A stretch of DNA of 64,000 nucleotides from Ascoidea asiatica JCM 7603 (taxonomy: Eukaryota; Fungi; Ascomycota): positions 351,989 to 415,988 of the forward strand of contig BCKQ01000013.1 of the NCBI GenBank assembly GCA_001600695.1. The letters run 5' to 3'. Positions 11,647 to 23,505 of the stretch are shown here, piece by piece; within the stretch, counting starts at the first letter, position 1, and each line of letters starts with the position of its first letter. The notes under the pieces were generated by a model, which had not been told where the DNA came from, searched no databases, and saw only the letters and a list, made by a program, of their open reading frames with translations. The translations under genes and the position numbers were made by a program.

Positions 11647-13833
11647 ATGTCGAATAACTCGGAAGAAGACTTTAATTTGGCTTTGGTATGTTTTTAATTT
11701 AGAGAATTATAATAAAAAAATTGAAATTAATACATCTTTTTAGTATTAATAATTCACTAACATATATTTTATAAAGGCGCTGAAATTAATCCAGCTTAAA
11801 CGTTTATCTCATGTTTTTAATGAGTGTTCAATTTCAGGTACACATTACCTTTATTTTACAACTTAACTTTTTATAACCGGATGGATAAATTTGATTATAA
11901 TACTAACTAAATTCTCTTGACAGATTTCATCGATGCTTTCATTTTAAAGACTAAATCTCTTCCTACTAGAAATCCAAGTTCACAGCTGTTATTAAAAGAT
12001 ACTAATCTAAAAGAATTGAAAAATGAACAGCCTCTGAAAAGGAAACTCGCTTTGGAAACTAATGATGTTGAAAATACTTCTGTTTCGAAGAAAGCTAAAC
12101 AGGATGAGATAAAAATTTTAAAAGAAAAACTTGTTGATCATTCCCCCATTAAAAATAAGTTGATAAATCTTGAAGAAAAGTTTGTTCAGAAAAAGTCAAA
12201 TTCAAATGTAATTTCATTAAACAGTGAATTCTATGCCAAAATCGGCCTTAATAAAAGAGAAACAAAGGTTCCATTATCTTTCAAATTCAATGAAAAACTA
12301 GAAAAAGTTATGAATATAGAATGTAACCAATTAAATCATTCTCAGCAAAGTAAAGAACACAATTTAGTTTCTTTAAATAATTCAAATTCAAAAATTCCAA
12401 ATAGTTTAACTGAAAAAACAAAGAAGTGTTATAAAAGAACTAAATTAACAAAGTCTTGCTTAGAGGCCTTAAGACTTTTGAATTTAAATTATAGTAATAT
12501 TATAACTTTTACAAGATTTAAGCAAAATAATGATAATATTAATGAAAATATTATAAGAAATTTGAATTTCGACAATTTTTTGAAAATTTTCAATCTTATT
12601 ACTTTTTTAAATACAACTCCAATAATTGCAAAAGAATACTTAAATCATTTGAATTATTATGAAAGTATTGAATATAATAAGGATATTGAAAGATTAGTAA
12701 AAGATGAAAAGGAAGCTGATAAAAATTATCAGTTATTTGAGATAGTAAATGAATTTATTATAAATATTCTAAAACAAAATAATTGGAAAAAGATCTACTC
12801 AAAAAAAAATATTAAGGAAGAGATTTTAAAAATCAATAATGAAAAGAAAATTTATGTCTTAAAGATTCCATTAAACAATAAAGAAAATTTTGAGAAATTT
12901 GATAATTTATTATTTGAAAATTTGATTAATTCAATCAAAAATAAACCAAATTGTTTATTTATAATGAAAAGAAATATAAAAAATCACTCATTAAAAGGTA
13001 CTTTAAAAAAATTAAATTCAATTTTTGAAATCTTTAGGTATAATATTTTAAGTTTTATAAAAATTAATTATAAGAAACTAATTCTATTAAAAAAGAGTAA
13101 TTCATATTTGAAAAATTACAAAATTGTTTCAAATGATCAACTTTTCAAAATATTTTTCAATTATTGTTTTAGATTAGAGCATATACTTAAAAACTTTATT
13201 GAAATAATTCAATCTTATAAGTTATTCAACACAGGTAGATATAAAAGATTTAACAAAATTTTAGATGTTGATAATTCAAATATTTTTAAAAATAGATTAA
13301 ATGAAAGAAATTTTTATGAAATTTGGTATAATAGATCTGAACAAATTACAGAAAAAGGATTGAAATATTCCAGACAATTTTCAATAATTTTTGAAATTAT
13401 AAACTATGATGGTTATGATATAATTTTAAAAAATGATATAAATATTTTAAATTTTAAAATTATCATTAGAATTATATTGAAAATCATAAAATTTTTAATT
13501 GAAGATATTTTTATTAAAAAGTTAAAAGTTAAATTTTCAAATAAAGAAAATATTTACAACGACTATAATTATTATAATGATGGTTTCAATGATAATAAAG
13601 GAATTGAACTAAAACCAGAACCACAACAAGAAGAAAAATTTAAAAAAATTGATAAGAAAAAATTGAAAGATAATTTAAGTATAAATGAAATTGAGGAGAT
13701 TAAAAAACAAGAAATTTATTCAATCTCTATTAATGAAATGAAAAGGATTTTAATGTCATATTTTTTAATTTTGAATGATGATGAATTAATAGTTTTATTC
13801 AATAATATAAAATGGGAAGAGCTTTTATATTAA
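11647..13833 (+). CDS. Two-intron orphan gene (exons 11647-11685, 11777-11837, 11924-13833; about 669 aa), possible Mei4/Rec24-like meiotic protein
   Basis: The track ORF starts at a TTG. Intron 1 is GTATGT...CACTAAC...AAG and intron 2 is GTACAC...TACTAAC...CAG; phases 0 and 1 join exactly into the long frame, giving MSNNSEEDFNLALALKLIQLKRLSHVFNECSISDFIDAF. The functional call is tentative. Confidence 0.7.
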
Positions 13834-13957
13834 AAACATAAAGTTTTTACATTAATGAGTAAATTATCAAATTTAATGTAATAAATTGAAAAATTAGTTA
13901 GGTAAATAGATATAGTTGTGTATATACTGTATAAGTTTTAAAAAGTTTTAGTGATTA

Positions 13958-14968
13958 TTATTTTTTATTATCAACTTTTAATACATTAAACCATGGATGA
14001 TTCATTGCTTCTTCTGCAGTTAATCTTTCTTGATGGTCATATCTTAATAATTTATCAATAAAATCTAGTATATCTTCATTAATAAATCTTGAATTTGCAG
14101 AAGTTCTAAATCTATACCAAGGTCTTTTTGAATATTGACCCATATTTTCATATTCTTGACCTAATTGAATATTATATTTTCTTAAATATTTATTTAAATC
14201 AGCAGTACCAAGTACTTTAACAATTTGAACTAATTGATCAGTATTTGATTTACCATGAAAAAAAGGTTCTTTTTTAAAAATCATTGAAGCTAACATTGCA
14301 CCAAATGACCACATATCTAAAGAATAATCATATAATCTAAAATCTACTAATAATTCAGGACCTTTAAAATATCTTGAAGCAACTCTAACATTATATTCAG
14401 TACCTGGATGATAAAATTCAGCTAAACCCCAATCAATTAATCTTAATTGTTTTAAATTATGATCAATCATAACATTATGAGGTTTAACATCTCTATGCAT
14501 TATACCCATTGAATGTGAATAATTTAAAGCTTTTAATAATTCAAACATATAAAATCTAATATCTAAATCAGTAAATTGTGGATATAAAGTTCTAAAATCA
14601 ATATTATTAACATGTTCAAAGATTAAAGCAGGATTTTTACAAATTGGATCTCTAACAACATCTAATAATTCAATAATATTTGTACCATGATTTAAATTTT
14701 GTAAAATTTTTATTTCTCTTTTAATTTTTTTACGTTTAACTGGTTTTAAAACTTTCATTACAACTTTTTTACCATTTACTAATTCAACACCTTGAAATAC
14801 TTCAGAATATTTACCTCTACCAATTTTTTTAACAATTTCATATTTTTCTTGAGATCTCCAAACTATAGATACATTTTCATAATCCCAATATGATTTTGGT
14901 TGTGTTTGATTAATATCTGAATAAACTCTTGAGATTGATATTTGAGTATTATTTTCATCAGAAGCCAT
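13958..14968 (-). CDS. CKA1: Casein kinase 2 catalytic subunit alpha
   Basis: [57 protein letters not shown]; the HNVMIDH variant fits Cka1 rather than Cka2. Confidence 0.95.
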   Translation of the reverse strand: MASDENNTQISISRVYSDINQTQPKSYWDYENVSIVWRSQEKYEIVKKIGRGKYSEVFQGVELVNGKKVVMKVLKPVKRKKIKREIKILQNLNHGTNIIELLDVVRDPICKNPALIFEHVNNIDFRTLYPQFTDLDIRFYMFELLKALNYSHSMGIMHRDVKPHNVMIDHNLKQLRLIDWGLAEFYHPGTEYNVRVASRYFKGPELLVDFRLYDYSLDMWSFGAMLASMIFKKEPFFHGKSNTDQLVQIVKVLGTADLNKYLRKYNIQLGQEYENMGQYSKRPWYRFRTSANSRFINEDILDFIDKLLRYDHQERLTAEEAMNHPWFNVLKVDNKK

Positions 14969-16227
14969 TTTTTAAAGTAGATAAATATTTGAAAGGTATA
15001 TAAATGATATGATATAATATAAGATATGAAATGATATGATCCAGTCTCTCTTGTTATTCTTCTCTGATCAATAGTAATATATCTATTTCTTTGTTTGTTT
15101 AAAACTTAAAAAGAAAAGATTAATGAATCAACTTATTACAATATCCAAAATCCCAATATCCAATATCCAATACTTGATATTCAATATTCAATATTAAATA
15201 TTCAAATCCTGAAGTAGTTTAAATAATGAGTATTATTTCTTTAGTCTCCTCTGGCTTGTTCCGTGGTTACACTGCGTAAACTCACCAAAAACTCTGAAAA
15301 CAGCGAAAAGTCTGAAAATATCTTTTTCTCTGACCAAAAACCAGCCAGGTGCATCACGGGTCTATACGAGGCCACTTATATGGGTCTCTTAAAAAAGCGG
15401 ATTTAATACCGGATTAAAAAACTAAAATCCATAGTAATTTCCGTATTTGTGTTTTCCTTGCCGTGCTACGGATAAAATCCTTATGTAAAAATATGCATGC
15501 TCTACTCATGCATACATGTTCCAATTTACTGGTAGAGTCCGTTTTTATGGGTCTTGAATAAAGAAAACTAATTATTGTGGTTAAATTGATAAATTGTGGG
15601 ATTAAATGAATAAAATAATGTGGTTGGCAATAGATATTGATATTGAAATGATTCAATTTCCTTTATTCAAGGATATAATCCATATTGAGAGAGTTAAAGT
15701 TAGGTCTTTTTTTGTTTTATTCTCATGTTGCTCATAATCATGAATGACGATCATTCCCAATTTTAAATTCAATATAGCTTCGTTTAATCGATATTTAAAA
15801 AATTAAATTTTATATATTTTCATCAGATTGAAAAAAAAGGATAGGAAATTTCCTAATTGGGTCATTTCAATATAAATATTTTTTGAAAGTTTAAAAATCA
15901 ACGTACGGATAAATAATTAGGTAGTTAAGTAATTTTTGTTAATTACAAATTTGAAATATTGTTTTTGTTAAATGATTGGATCTAATATATTCATTTCATA
16001 GTTTGTTCTTTTTGTGGGTTTCAAGATAGGGGTCTCAATATCTTGAATGAATTTTATTCTATATTTTTTTTGATTTTAAACAGAATAGAATACGACAAAA
16101 ACTAAATAACTAGAGATCAATTCTTTTTTATATAAAAGAACTGATTCATCATGATAATTCTTTTCATTTTCATTTTTTCGTTTCGAATTTTTATAATCAA
16201 GATATTTACTGATAATTTTTTATAAAA

Positions 16228-17553
16228 ATGATTTTTACAATTAATTTTCTTATTCTCACTTGTTTATTTTATAATCTTTTAACATTAGTTGAATGTATTC
16301 CAATTTCAAATTTTAAAAAATTTCAAGAAGAAAAATTAAAACATTTAAAAAATTCAATTAATAAAAGAAATTCAAATTTAAAAAATTATTCAAGTTTTAA
16401 ATATATTAAAAAACCTTCAAATGATAAAACTGGTTATATATCTTCAAATATTTATGAAATTGAAGGAACATGTTATGTAATTTATATTGATATTGGTACA
16501 CCATCACAAAAAATTGGTTTAACTATAGATACAGGATCATCAGATCTGTGGGTAATTTCACCAGAAGCTTGTGAAGCACAAACTGATGATTATATTTATG
16601 GTATTGATGAATATAATTGTTCAAGTTTTGGTACATATAATTATAAATTATCAACAACTTTTAATGATACAAATAATAATGAAACTTTTGATTTTGAATA
16701 TGGTACTGGATATTCAACTGGAAATTGGGGTAATGATGATTTTAAAATTGATTCAAAGAATATTGAAAATTATTTTTTTGGAATTTCTAATGAAACAAAT
16801 ATTAATCCTGGAATTTTAGGATTAGGATTAAAAACAAATGAACTTAGAAGTGAGAAATATTCTAATTTTCCTGCTAGATTATCAGAAGATGGAATTATTG
16901 GTAGAAATCTTTATTCATTGTTTTTAAATAAAGGAGAAGATGCAGTTGGAAAATTATTATTTGGAGCCATAGATCATGAAAAATATGAAGGTGATAATTT
17001 ACATACATATTCAATTTTAACAACAAATTCAATAACTTTAAACAATATTACAATATATTTAAATGAAGTTGATGATGAAGATAATAATTTAAGTTCAAAT
17101 TCATATTCAAATTCAAGTAATATAAGTTTAAGTACAATTCCTGGTAGAGGATTATTTGATTCAGGTACAACAGCACCATCATTTCCATTAATTGGATTTA
17201 ATAAATTATTAGATTATCTTAATATTGATGAAGCTTATGGATTGACAGATTGTTCAAATAAAGCAAATTCAACAATTTCATATAAATTTGAAGATGGATT
17301 TATTATCAAAATTCCAATATCTGCATTATATTATGATAATGGAGATGGAACATGTACATTTGTTGCAAGTACAAAAGGTGGTGAATATGATTTCACATTT
17401 GGTATGGAATTTTTAAAATATGCATATGTTGTTTTTGATTTAGATAATAAACAAATTTCAATTGGAGAACCTACATTTTCAGATAATGAGAATATTGAAG
17501 TTATTACCTCTGATAGTTGTTTTCCCAATTGTTCAGGCTCTTCATCCAGCTGA
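16228..17553 (+). CDS. Secreted pepsin-like aspartic protease (yapsin/Sap/Bar1 family)
   Basis: Signal peptide, propeptide with KR site, catalytic motifs DTGSSDLWV and FDSGTT, plus GILGLG, LLFGAIDH and FLKYAYVVFDLDN. Confidence 0.92.
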   Translation: MIFTINFLILTCLFYNLLTLVECIPISNFKKFQEEKLKHLKNSINKRNSNLKNYSSFKYIKKPSNDKTGYISSNIYEIEGTCYVIYIDIGTPSQKIGLTIDTGSSDLWVISPEACEAQTDDYIYGIDEYNCSSFGTYNYKLSTTFNDTNNNETFDFEYGTGYSTGNWGNDDFKIDSKNIENYFFGISNETNINPGILGLGLKTNELRSEKYSNFPARLSEDGIIGRNLYSLFLNKGEDAVGKLLFGAIDHEKYEGDNLHTYSILTTNSITLNNITIYLNEVDDEDNNLSSNSYSNSSNISLSTIPGRGLFDSGTTAPSFPLIGFNKLLDYLNIDEAYGLTDCSNKANSTISYKFEDGFIIKIPISALYYDNGDGTCTFVASTKGGEYDFTFGMEFLKYAYVVFDLDNKQISIGEPTFSDNENIEVITSDSCFPNCSGSSSS

Positions 17554-18257
17554 TAATAATTTTCTTCTTTTCTTATTTTTTTACTTCTTCAAAATTATTT
17601 TTCTATTTTTTTAAATCTTTTTTTTATAACTATTCAAGCACTAATAATCCATGAACCAAATATAATCCAAATTAATAAACTTCTCTATGCTATGCTATAA
17701 TTTAGCCCAATGTAATAATAATTAATAATAATAATTAATAATTATTGAAATAATCCCCGCTCCAGGGACTCGAAACCAGCCCCATATACCAAAGTGGCAC
17801 ATTAAGTGGCGGAGATGTGGCAAGTGTTATTGTGGCTAGAGAAGCGTTTAGTCGCGTGATCCTGTGTTTTATTTGTGCAGCGTTTTGCCTTGCTCTGCGT
17901 GCGCCCGGCAGTGCCAGAGGAAAGAGTGTTGCTCCTGCTCGCTCGGCTTCCACAGGCTGTTTTGTATTGTGTTTTTACGCTGTTAAAAATATATCAGCTA
18001 TCAAAAGATTAAATAATAATAAATTTGAAATATCAAAGAAGAAAAAAAATAGTCTGATATTCTAGAGTTATTTATTAGTGAGAAATCAAGAAGAACAAGC
18101 ATTAAATATTTAAATTTCAAATGGAAAATAGGTCTCATATTTTTCAAACAAAGCAATCAGTTTATTCTCTTTTTTTCTTTTTTCTTTTCAATCAAATTTT
18201 CAAAATATAAGGCTCAAAAGAAGTAAATTACTTTATAATTTTAAGTGATAAAGAAAA

Positions 18258-19859
18258 ATGATTGTTTCTCAATATAATATACAAAATAAACCATTACCAA
18301 AACCAAAACCAAAAGAAAAATTAAGACTTATAAAAAATCTTAATTATAATAAAATTCCTGAAGATTTTGATAATATTAAACAAAATAATGATCGAAATAG
18401 TATAAATTTAAATCAAAACTCAATTTCATTCAATCCAAAATCAAATAATAATAGTAATAGTATTAATAATTCAGTAATAAAACCAAAACCAAAACCTAAA
18501 CCAAAATTAAAATCAACTCCTCCTATATTACCTAATCCAAAACCTAAACCTAAACCAAAATCAATAATACTGAAAAATTTACATGATGATAATACTAATT
18601 TAAATAATCAAGATAAACCAAAAATTAAACCAAAGATTAAATCTAAACCAAATTTAATTCTGAGATCAAATTCTTTACAAATTAATCAACATGATTTTGG
18701 CTCAACTCAAAATTCATCACTTAAAACTTTAAGTAAATCCTCACCTAAACCATTATCAAAACCATTACCTAAACCAAGACCAAAATCTTTAATTACTCCA
18801 ATAAATAGAAATCAATATTCAAATAAACAATTACCACCTCCACCTCCAATTAAACCAAAAATTAAACTAAAACAAAAATTAAAGCAAAATTCAAATTCAA
18901 ATTCAAATCAAAATCAAAATATATCTTCTTTATCAAGAACTCAAACTTTAGATTCTTATTCTTATTCTTATGCTAAAAATCATTCAAAAATTACTTCTAA
19001 TTCTTTATTATCTTTTTCTACTTCAAATACTCCAAATAAAAATTCAAATTATCATCATAATCAACATTTTTCGAAATCAAGTTTAGATTTATCTGAAAAT
19101 GAAATTAATAATATAAATAATATTAGTAGGATTAATGAAGAAAATGACAACGGTAGTGATAATGATAATTATAATGATAATGATAATATTATCAATAATG
19201 ATATTGAATTTGAATTCAAATTAAAACCTTTTCATATTTCAAGAAATTCTTCAATCTCAAGAAGATCTTCTCCAAATTTATCTTCTCATTCTTCAAGAAG
19301 ATCTTCTTTATTAATTTCTCCTTCGACTAATACAAATTTTAAATATGATGCTTTAAATTCTTATTTTATTCCAAAACCAATTTCAAAACCAATTTCAAAA
19401 CCAAAACCAAGACTGCTGAAACCATATATCATGAATAGTAGTAATAGTAATAATAATAATAATAATAATATTAATAACAATATTATATCTCATCAAAGTA
19501 ATTATTCAAATGGATTTACTTCACCTACATCTCAAATTGAAGCAAATTTAACTGGTTCAAGTGGTTTAAATTTAGATTATAATAGTGTATTAAATGCTGC
19601 TTTAGCACTCAGAATCAATTCAAATAATATAAATAATTCAAGTAATTCTGTGAATGATGAGTCTTTTACTAATAATATAATCAGTTATACGAGTACCACT
19701 ACAACTACAACTACAATTAGTAATAATAATTATAATGATAGTAATTCAAACAATAATTTAAATACAACTAAAAAATTATCTAGTGTGAATAAGAATAGAA
19801 CTAAAGGACCAAAACGTCGTTTACCAAGCTCACTTACAAATTCCTCAATTTCTTTATGA
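18258..19859 (+). CDS. Bsp1-like proline-rich actin-patch protein with C-terminal capping-protein-interaction (CPI) motif
   Basis: Many PKPKP/PPPIKPK SH3-ligand motifs in a disordered chain; C-terminal KLSSVNKNRTKGPKRRLPS fits the LxHxxxxRxKxxxRRxP CPI consensus except for the His. Confidence 0.6.
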   Translation: MIVSQYNIQNKPLPKPKPKEKLRLIKNLNYNKIPEDFDNIKQNNDRNSINLNQNSISFNPKSNNNSNSINNSVIKPKPKPKPKLKSTPPILPNPKPKPKPKSIILKNLHDDNTNLNNQDKPKIKPKIKSKPNLILRSNSLQINQHDFGSTQNSSLKTLSKSSPKPLSKPLPKPRPKSLITPINRNQYSNKQLPPPPPIKPKIKLKQKLKQNSNSNSNQNQNISSLSRTQTLDSYSYSYAKNHSKITSNSLLSFSTSNTPNKNSNYHHNQHFSKSSLDLSENEINNINNISRINEENDNGSDNDNYNDNDNIINNDIEFEFKLKPFHISRNSSISRRSSPNLSSHSSRRSSLLISPSTNTNFKYDALNSYFIPKPISKPISKPKPRLLKPYIMNSSNSNNNNNNNINNNIISHQSNYSNGFTSPTSQIEANLTGSSGLNLDYNSVLNAALALRINSNNINNSSNSVNDESFTNNIISYTSTTTTTTTISNNNYNDSNSNNNLNTTKKLSSVNKNRTKGPKRRLPSSLTNSSISL

Positions 19860-20057
19860 TTCTATGTTACAGAATTTTAATTTTTTTTTCTTTTCTTCAT
19901 TTTCCCTTCTTTTTATTTATTTCAAAAGTTAAATAGATTTTACTTACATTTCTTATTTCAATCCATCAATATTATCAATCATAATAACAATAATAATAAT
20001 AATCATTAGAGTTTATATATGTTATATATTATTTATATATGATGTTTAGTTTATTTA

Positions 20058-21329
20058 CTATATAAGCTTATTTAAATAATTTGATCTTTCTCTACTTAAT
20101 TTAAAAGCATCTTTGATAGATTGTTCTGTGATTTCAGAACCACCACCAATTATATTTATGTAACTGAAAGTATTTTCATTTATATTTTTTGAATCACCAG
20201 TATTAATGATATTAATTCTTGAATAACATTCAGTTTCTTCAACATCTCCTTCTATATCAGCTAATAATTTTTGTTGTTTTAATTGAGAATTTTGAGAATT
20301 TTCAATATCAATAAATCCAAAAGTTGTTGAGAATAATTTTTTACTATTATTATTTAATTTTAATTTATAATTTTTTTTTGAATCACAAATTATTTGATTT
20401 TTTTGAGAATTTGAAAAAAGATTATTATTTCTATTTTTTAATTTTGAGGAATTACTTGAATTTTGATTTGTATTTGAAATTGAATTTTTATTTAAATTTG
20501 AAATTAAAGCATTATGTTCATTAATATAAACATTTGGTAAATTTAAATTATTTAAAGCTTTAATAATACTTAACCAAATTAAATCAAATAATGGACCATC
20601 TCTTGAAATTATTTGAATATGAGCATATAAAATAAAAGAATAATTTTCTTTTGGTTTAAATTCTTTTAATAGATCATTGTTAGTATTATCATTATCATTA
20701 TCAAAATCATAAATTATTATTTCTTCATTTTTTTCATTTATTGTTTTTATACCAATATTTATATCTAAATTTTTTTTTGGAATTAATTTTGAAACTAAAA
20801 TTGATTCATATAATTTTTGAGATAAAGTCATTTCTTCAATAGTTGGAGCACCAACTCTACCTTTTGAAATATCAATTATTGGATAAATTGAAGTATAATT
20901 ATTTAAATCATTATTTAGATCATTATTTGAATCAGTATTTGATTCTTGATTTGAATTATTAATTAAATCTTTATAAATTTCATTATATTCTTTATTATTT
21001 GATAATAAATTTTTATCATTAGTTTTAATATTTTCATTAATTCCAGCAGTTATTGTACAAATTATATTTGTATTACCATTTTTTATAATAGATTTAGATA
21101 AAATTGAAGAATTTAAATTATTTTTATTATTTTTATTATTATTATCATTTTCTTGTATTAATAAAGATTTAAATTCATTAAAAGATCTTAAAGAAGGTCT
21201 TAAATTTAAATTTAAATAACGTTGAAATAATAAATCTGGAGCTATTTTTGAAAGAACTTCAGGAGTAAAAGCCATTGGCTTTAGTATTATTTCTTCTTTT
21301 TCTTCTTCAATATCCATTTTTTCTGTCAT
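20058..21329 (-). CDS. RRP43: Exosome core subunit Rrp43 (RNase PH-like)
   Basis: N-terminal PMAFTPEVLSKIAPDLLFQRYLNLNLRPSLRSFNEF, plus IYPIIDISKGRVGAPTIEEMTLSQKL, SRDGPLFDL and LLADIEG. Confidence 0.9.
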   Translation of the reverse strand: MTEKMDIEEEKEEIILKPMAFTPEVLSKIAPDLLFQRYLNLNLRPSLRSFNEFKSLLIQENDNNNKNNKNNLNSSILSKSIIKNGNTNIICTITAGINENIKTNDKNLLSNNKEYNEIYKDLINNSNQESNTDSNNDLNNDLNNYTSIYPIIDISKGRVGAPTIEEMTLSQKLYESILVSKLIPKKNLDINIGIKTINEKNEEIIIYDFDNDNDNTNNDLLKEFKPKENYSFILYAHIQIISRDGPLFDLIWLSIIKALNNLNLPNVYINEHNALISNLNKNSISNTNQNSSNSSKLKNRNNNLFSNSQKNQIICDSKKNYKLKLNNNSKKLFSTTFGFIDIENSQNSQLKQQKLLADIEGDVEETECYSRINIINTGDSKNINENTFSYINIIGGGSEITEQSIKDAFKLSRERSNYLNKLI

Positions 21330-21471
21330 TTTCTTTAATTGGTGAATGAATATAATTTTTATTTAATTTGATATTGATAAATTGATAATTATTTCAATAA
21401 TATCTTAATATTTTAGTATTTTAATATTTTAATATTTTCTATATTCTTTTTTTTTTTTTGAAATATTCCAG

Positions 21472-21479
21472 CACGTGAC
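21472..21479. promoter_or_regulatory. Cbf1-type E-box (GTCACGTG on the minus strand) in the RRP43-REX2 divergent promoter
   Basis: CACGTGAC next to a poly(T) tract in the intergenic region. Confidence 0.5.
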
Positions 21480-21835
21480 TTTGAAGGAAACGCATGAGAA
21501 AAAAATGCGTGAAGATCAGAGACAGAAGAAAGAGTAATAAACAGTAAATAAACTTAGTTCAAGAAGAGAAACTATTGAAATATTCTGATTTTAAGAAATG
21601 AAGTTGTATTTATTTATTGAATAAGGAAATGTTTAATTTATTAATGAAGATTAGGAAAGAATATATGGAAATTGAATGAATATGATAAGAATAATGATTA
21701 TATATAAATGGACATGATTTCATGATTTCATGATTTCTATAGTTTTTAGATTGGAATATATTATTATATTTTTACCGGTAGAATAGATTGAATAATAAAT
21801 AATAATAAATAAAATAAAATTAAAATAAAATTAAA

Positions 21836-22591
21836 ATGGATTGTGGAAAGAATTATTCAATTAATGGTAACATTTTAAGTTACAAATGTAAAAAAGTTTC
21901 AATGTTAGATAAAAGTATTATTTATGATAAAATTAAAAATATAAATTTATATGAAAGCAAAAATAAAGATTATAGACCAATAGTTTGGATTGATTGTGAG
22001 ATGAGTGGATTAAATATTGAAAAAGATAAAATTTTAGAAATTTCATGTATTATTACAGATGGAGATTTAAATATTATTGATCCAATTGGATTTGAATCAG
22101 TTATTCATTATTCAAAAGATTTTTTAGATAATAATTTAGATAATTGGTGTAAAAATCAACATGGTAAAAGTGGATTAATTGATAAAGTTATTTTAAGTAA
22201 AAAAAGTTTAGAAGAAGTTGAAATTGAATTATTTAATTATATTAAAATTTTCTTAAAAATTCCACAAATTGGAATTATTGCAGGTAATTCAATTAATAAT
22301 GATAAAAATTTTATGATTAAAGAATTTCCAAAAATTATTAATTATTTATCATATAGAATTTTGGATGTTAGTTCAATTATGGAAATTGGATTTAGACATA
22401 ATAATGACTTAATGTCTTGTCAACCAAGAAAAGGTAATTCACATAAATCTATGGAAGATATTATGGAAAGTATTATTCAATTAAGATTTTATAGAGATTA
22501 TTATTTTAGAAGTAGAGAAGAAACTAGAAATGTTGTTGATAGATTTAATAGAATTAAGAGAAACAATGATTTTGCTCATTTCTATACTTAA
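21836..22591 (+). CDS. REX2: Oligoribonuclease Rex2 (DEDDh exonuclease)
   Basis: PIVWIDCEMSGL, ITDGDLN, WCKNQHGKSGL, AGNSI..D..F, YRILDVSSI and H....DI.ESI motifs. Confidence 0.92.
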   Translation: MDCGKNYSINGNILSYKCKKVSMLDKSIIYDKIKNINLYESKNKDYRPIVWIDCEMSGLNIEKDKILEISCIITDGDLNIIDPIGFESVIHYSKDFLDNNLDNWCKNQHGKSGLIDKVILSKKSLEEVEIELFNYIKIFLKIPQIGIIAGNSINNDKNFMIKEFPKIINYLSYRILDVSSIMEIGFRHNNDLMSCQPRKGNSHKSMEDIMESIIQLRFYRDYYFRSREETRNVVDRFNRIKRNNDFAHFYT

Positions 22592-22762
22592 AAGATCTTA
22601 TCTTCTTATACAGTTCAACTATTATCCTGTTGTTATTCAGTTGTTATTCAGTTGTTATTTAGTTATTATCCTGTTATTTCATTATCTTTATATAAGTAAT
22701 ACCAATGGATTAAACTAAAGCAACATTAAAGTAAAGCATCCTAAAAAATGGAGCCATAGAAG

Positions 22763-22878
22763 CACGTGCAAAAGTAGGTTTTCCAAGCAGCAGGTGGAAG
22801 TTTCCGCTGCGTTAAATCTGCAGACAGTACATAAAGTCCGTACACGTGGTAAACCCAGACACGTGTGACTTGCACGTG
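22763..22878. promoter_or_regulatory. Cluster of four CACGTG E-boxes (probable Pho4 UAS) upstream of PHO91
   Basis: CACGTG at 22763, 22843, 22860 and 22873 within a GC-rich island about 1 kb upstream of a phosphate transporter gene. Confidence 0.7.
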
Positions 22879-23454
22879 TGTCTCCACAATTGAAGTACTG
22901 GAAGAGCCCCGGAAGAAGAAAAACAGCGTAGGAGCATACACCGCAGTGGTCATTGGCAGGGGAGTCGTGTGAGCAGAGACTCGATTCGGCGGGATTCGAG
23001 TCCACGCGATGGGCCTGGCTGGTTTGGGGCTGGATCAGGAGGCGAAGACAGTGTTTGACAGTGTTTGACAGTGTTTGTGTGGCGTTAAGTGGCGTTGAGT
23101 GGCGAGCGCAAAGCCCAGCAGCAGAGGCAGAAGCAGAAGCAGCAGAAACAGCAGAAGCTGCGTGCAAACGGGTGGCACTCGGTGGAACTGGCGCTTTCAC
23201 TTCGCTTGTTGTATGCATATGGCAAAAGATAATGGAATATCATAATATTATATATAATATGATATATTATGATATATAATGTATAAAGTAGATAGAATAT
23301 AAAGATAATATAAAGATAATAGACAATAGTACAATAGATAATAAAGATAAAGATAAAGATAAACGATAAAAGATCAGTGAAGAGAAGACATAATAAGAAA
23401 ACATCATAATCATTAGATTTACAACACTTTATTTCACTTCTTTCCTCGTCGGTT

Positions 23455-23505
23455 CATATCATATCATATCATATCATATTATATCATATCATATCATATC
23501 ATATC
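23455..23505. repeat. (CATAT)n microsatellite in the PHO91 upstream region
   Basis: About ten tandem 5-bp units visible directly. Confidence 0.85.

Noticed and set aside
17554-17625. Vestigial GPI-anchor signal after the protease stop codon
   Set aside because: The T-rich 3' sequence translates as hydrophobic in all three frames, so it is not evidence of a lost anchor.
22977-23003. tRNA or TFIIIC site at the hairpin GACTCGATTC...GATTCGAGTC
   Set aside because: There is no convincing A box, cloverleaf or terminator; it could be a chance palindrome in GC-rich DNA.
22715-23279. 167-aa and 108-aa Ala-rich ORFs
   Set aside because: They lie in the GC-rich PHO91 promoter island and arise from short repeats (GCAGAA, TGTTTGACAG); codon usage is unlike real genes here.
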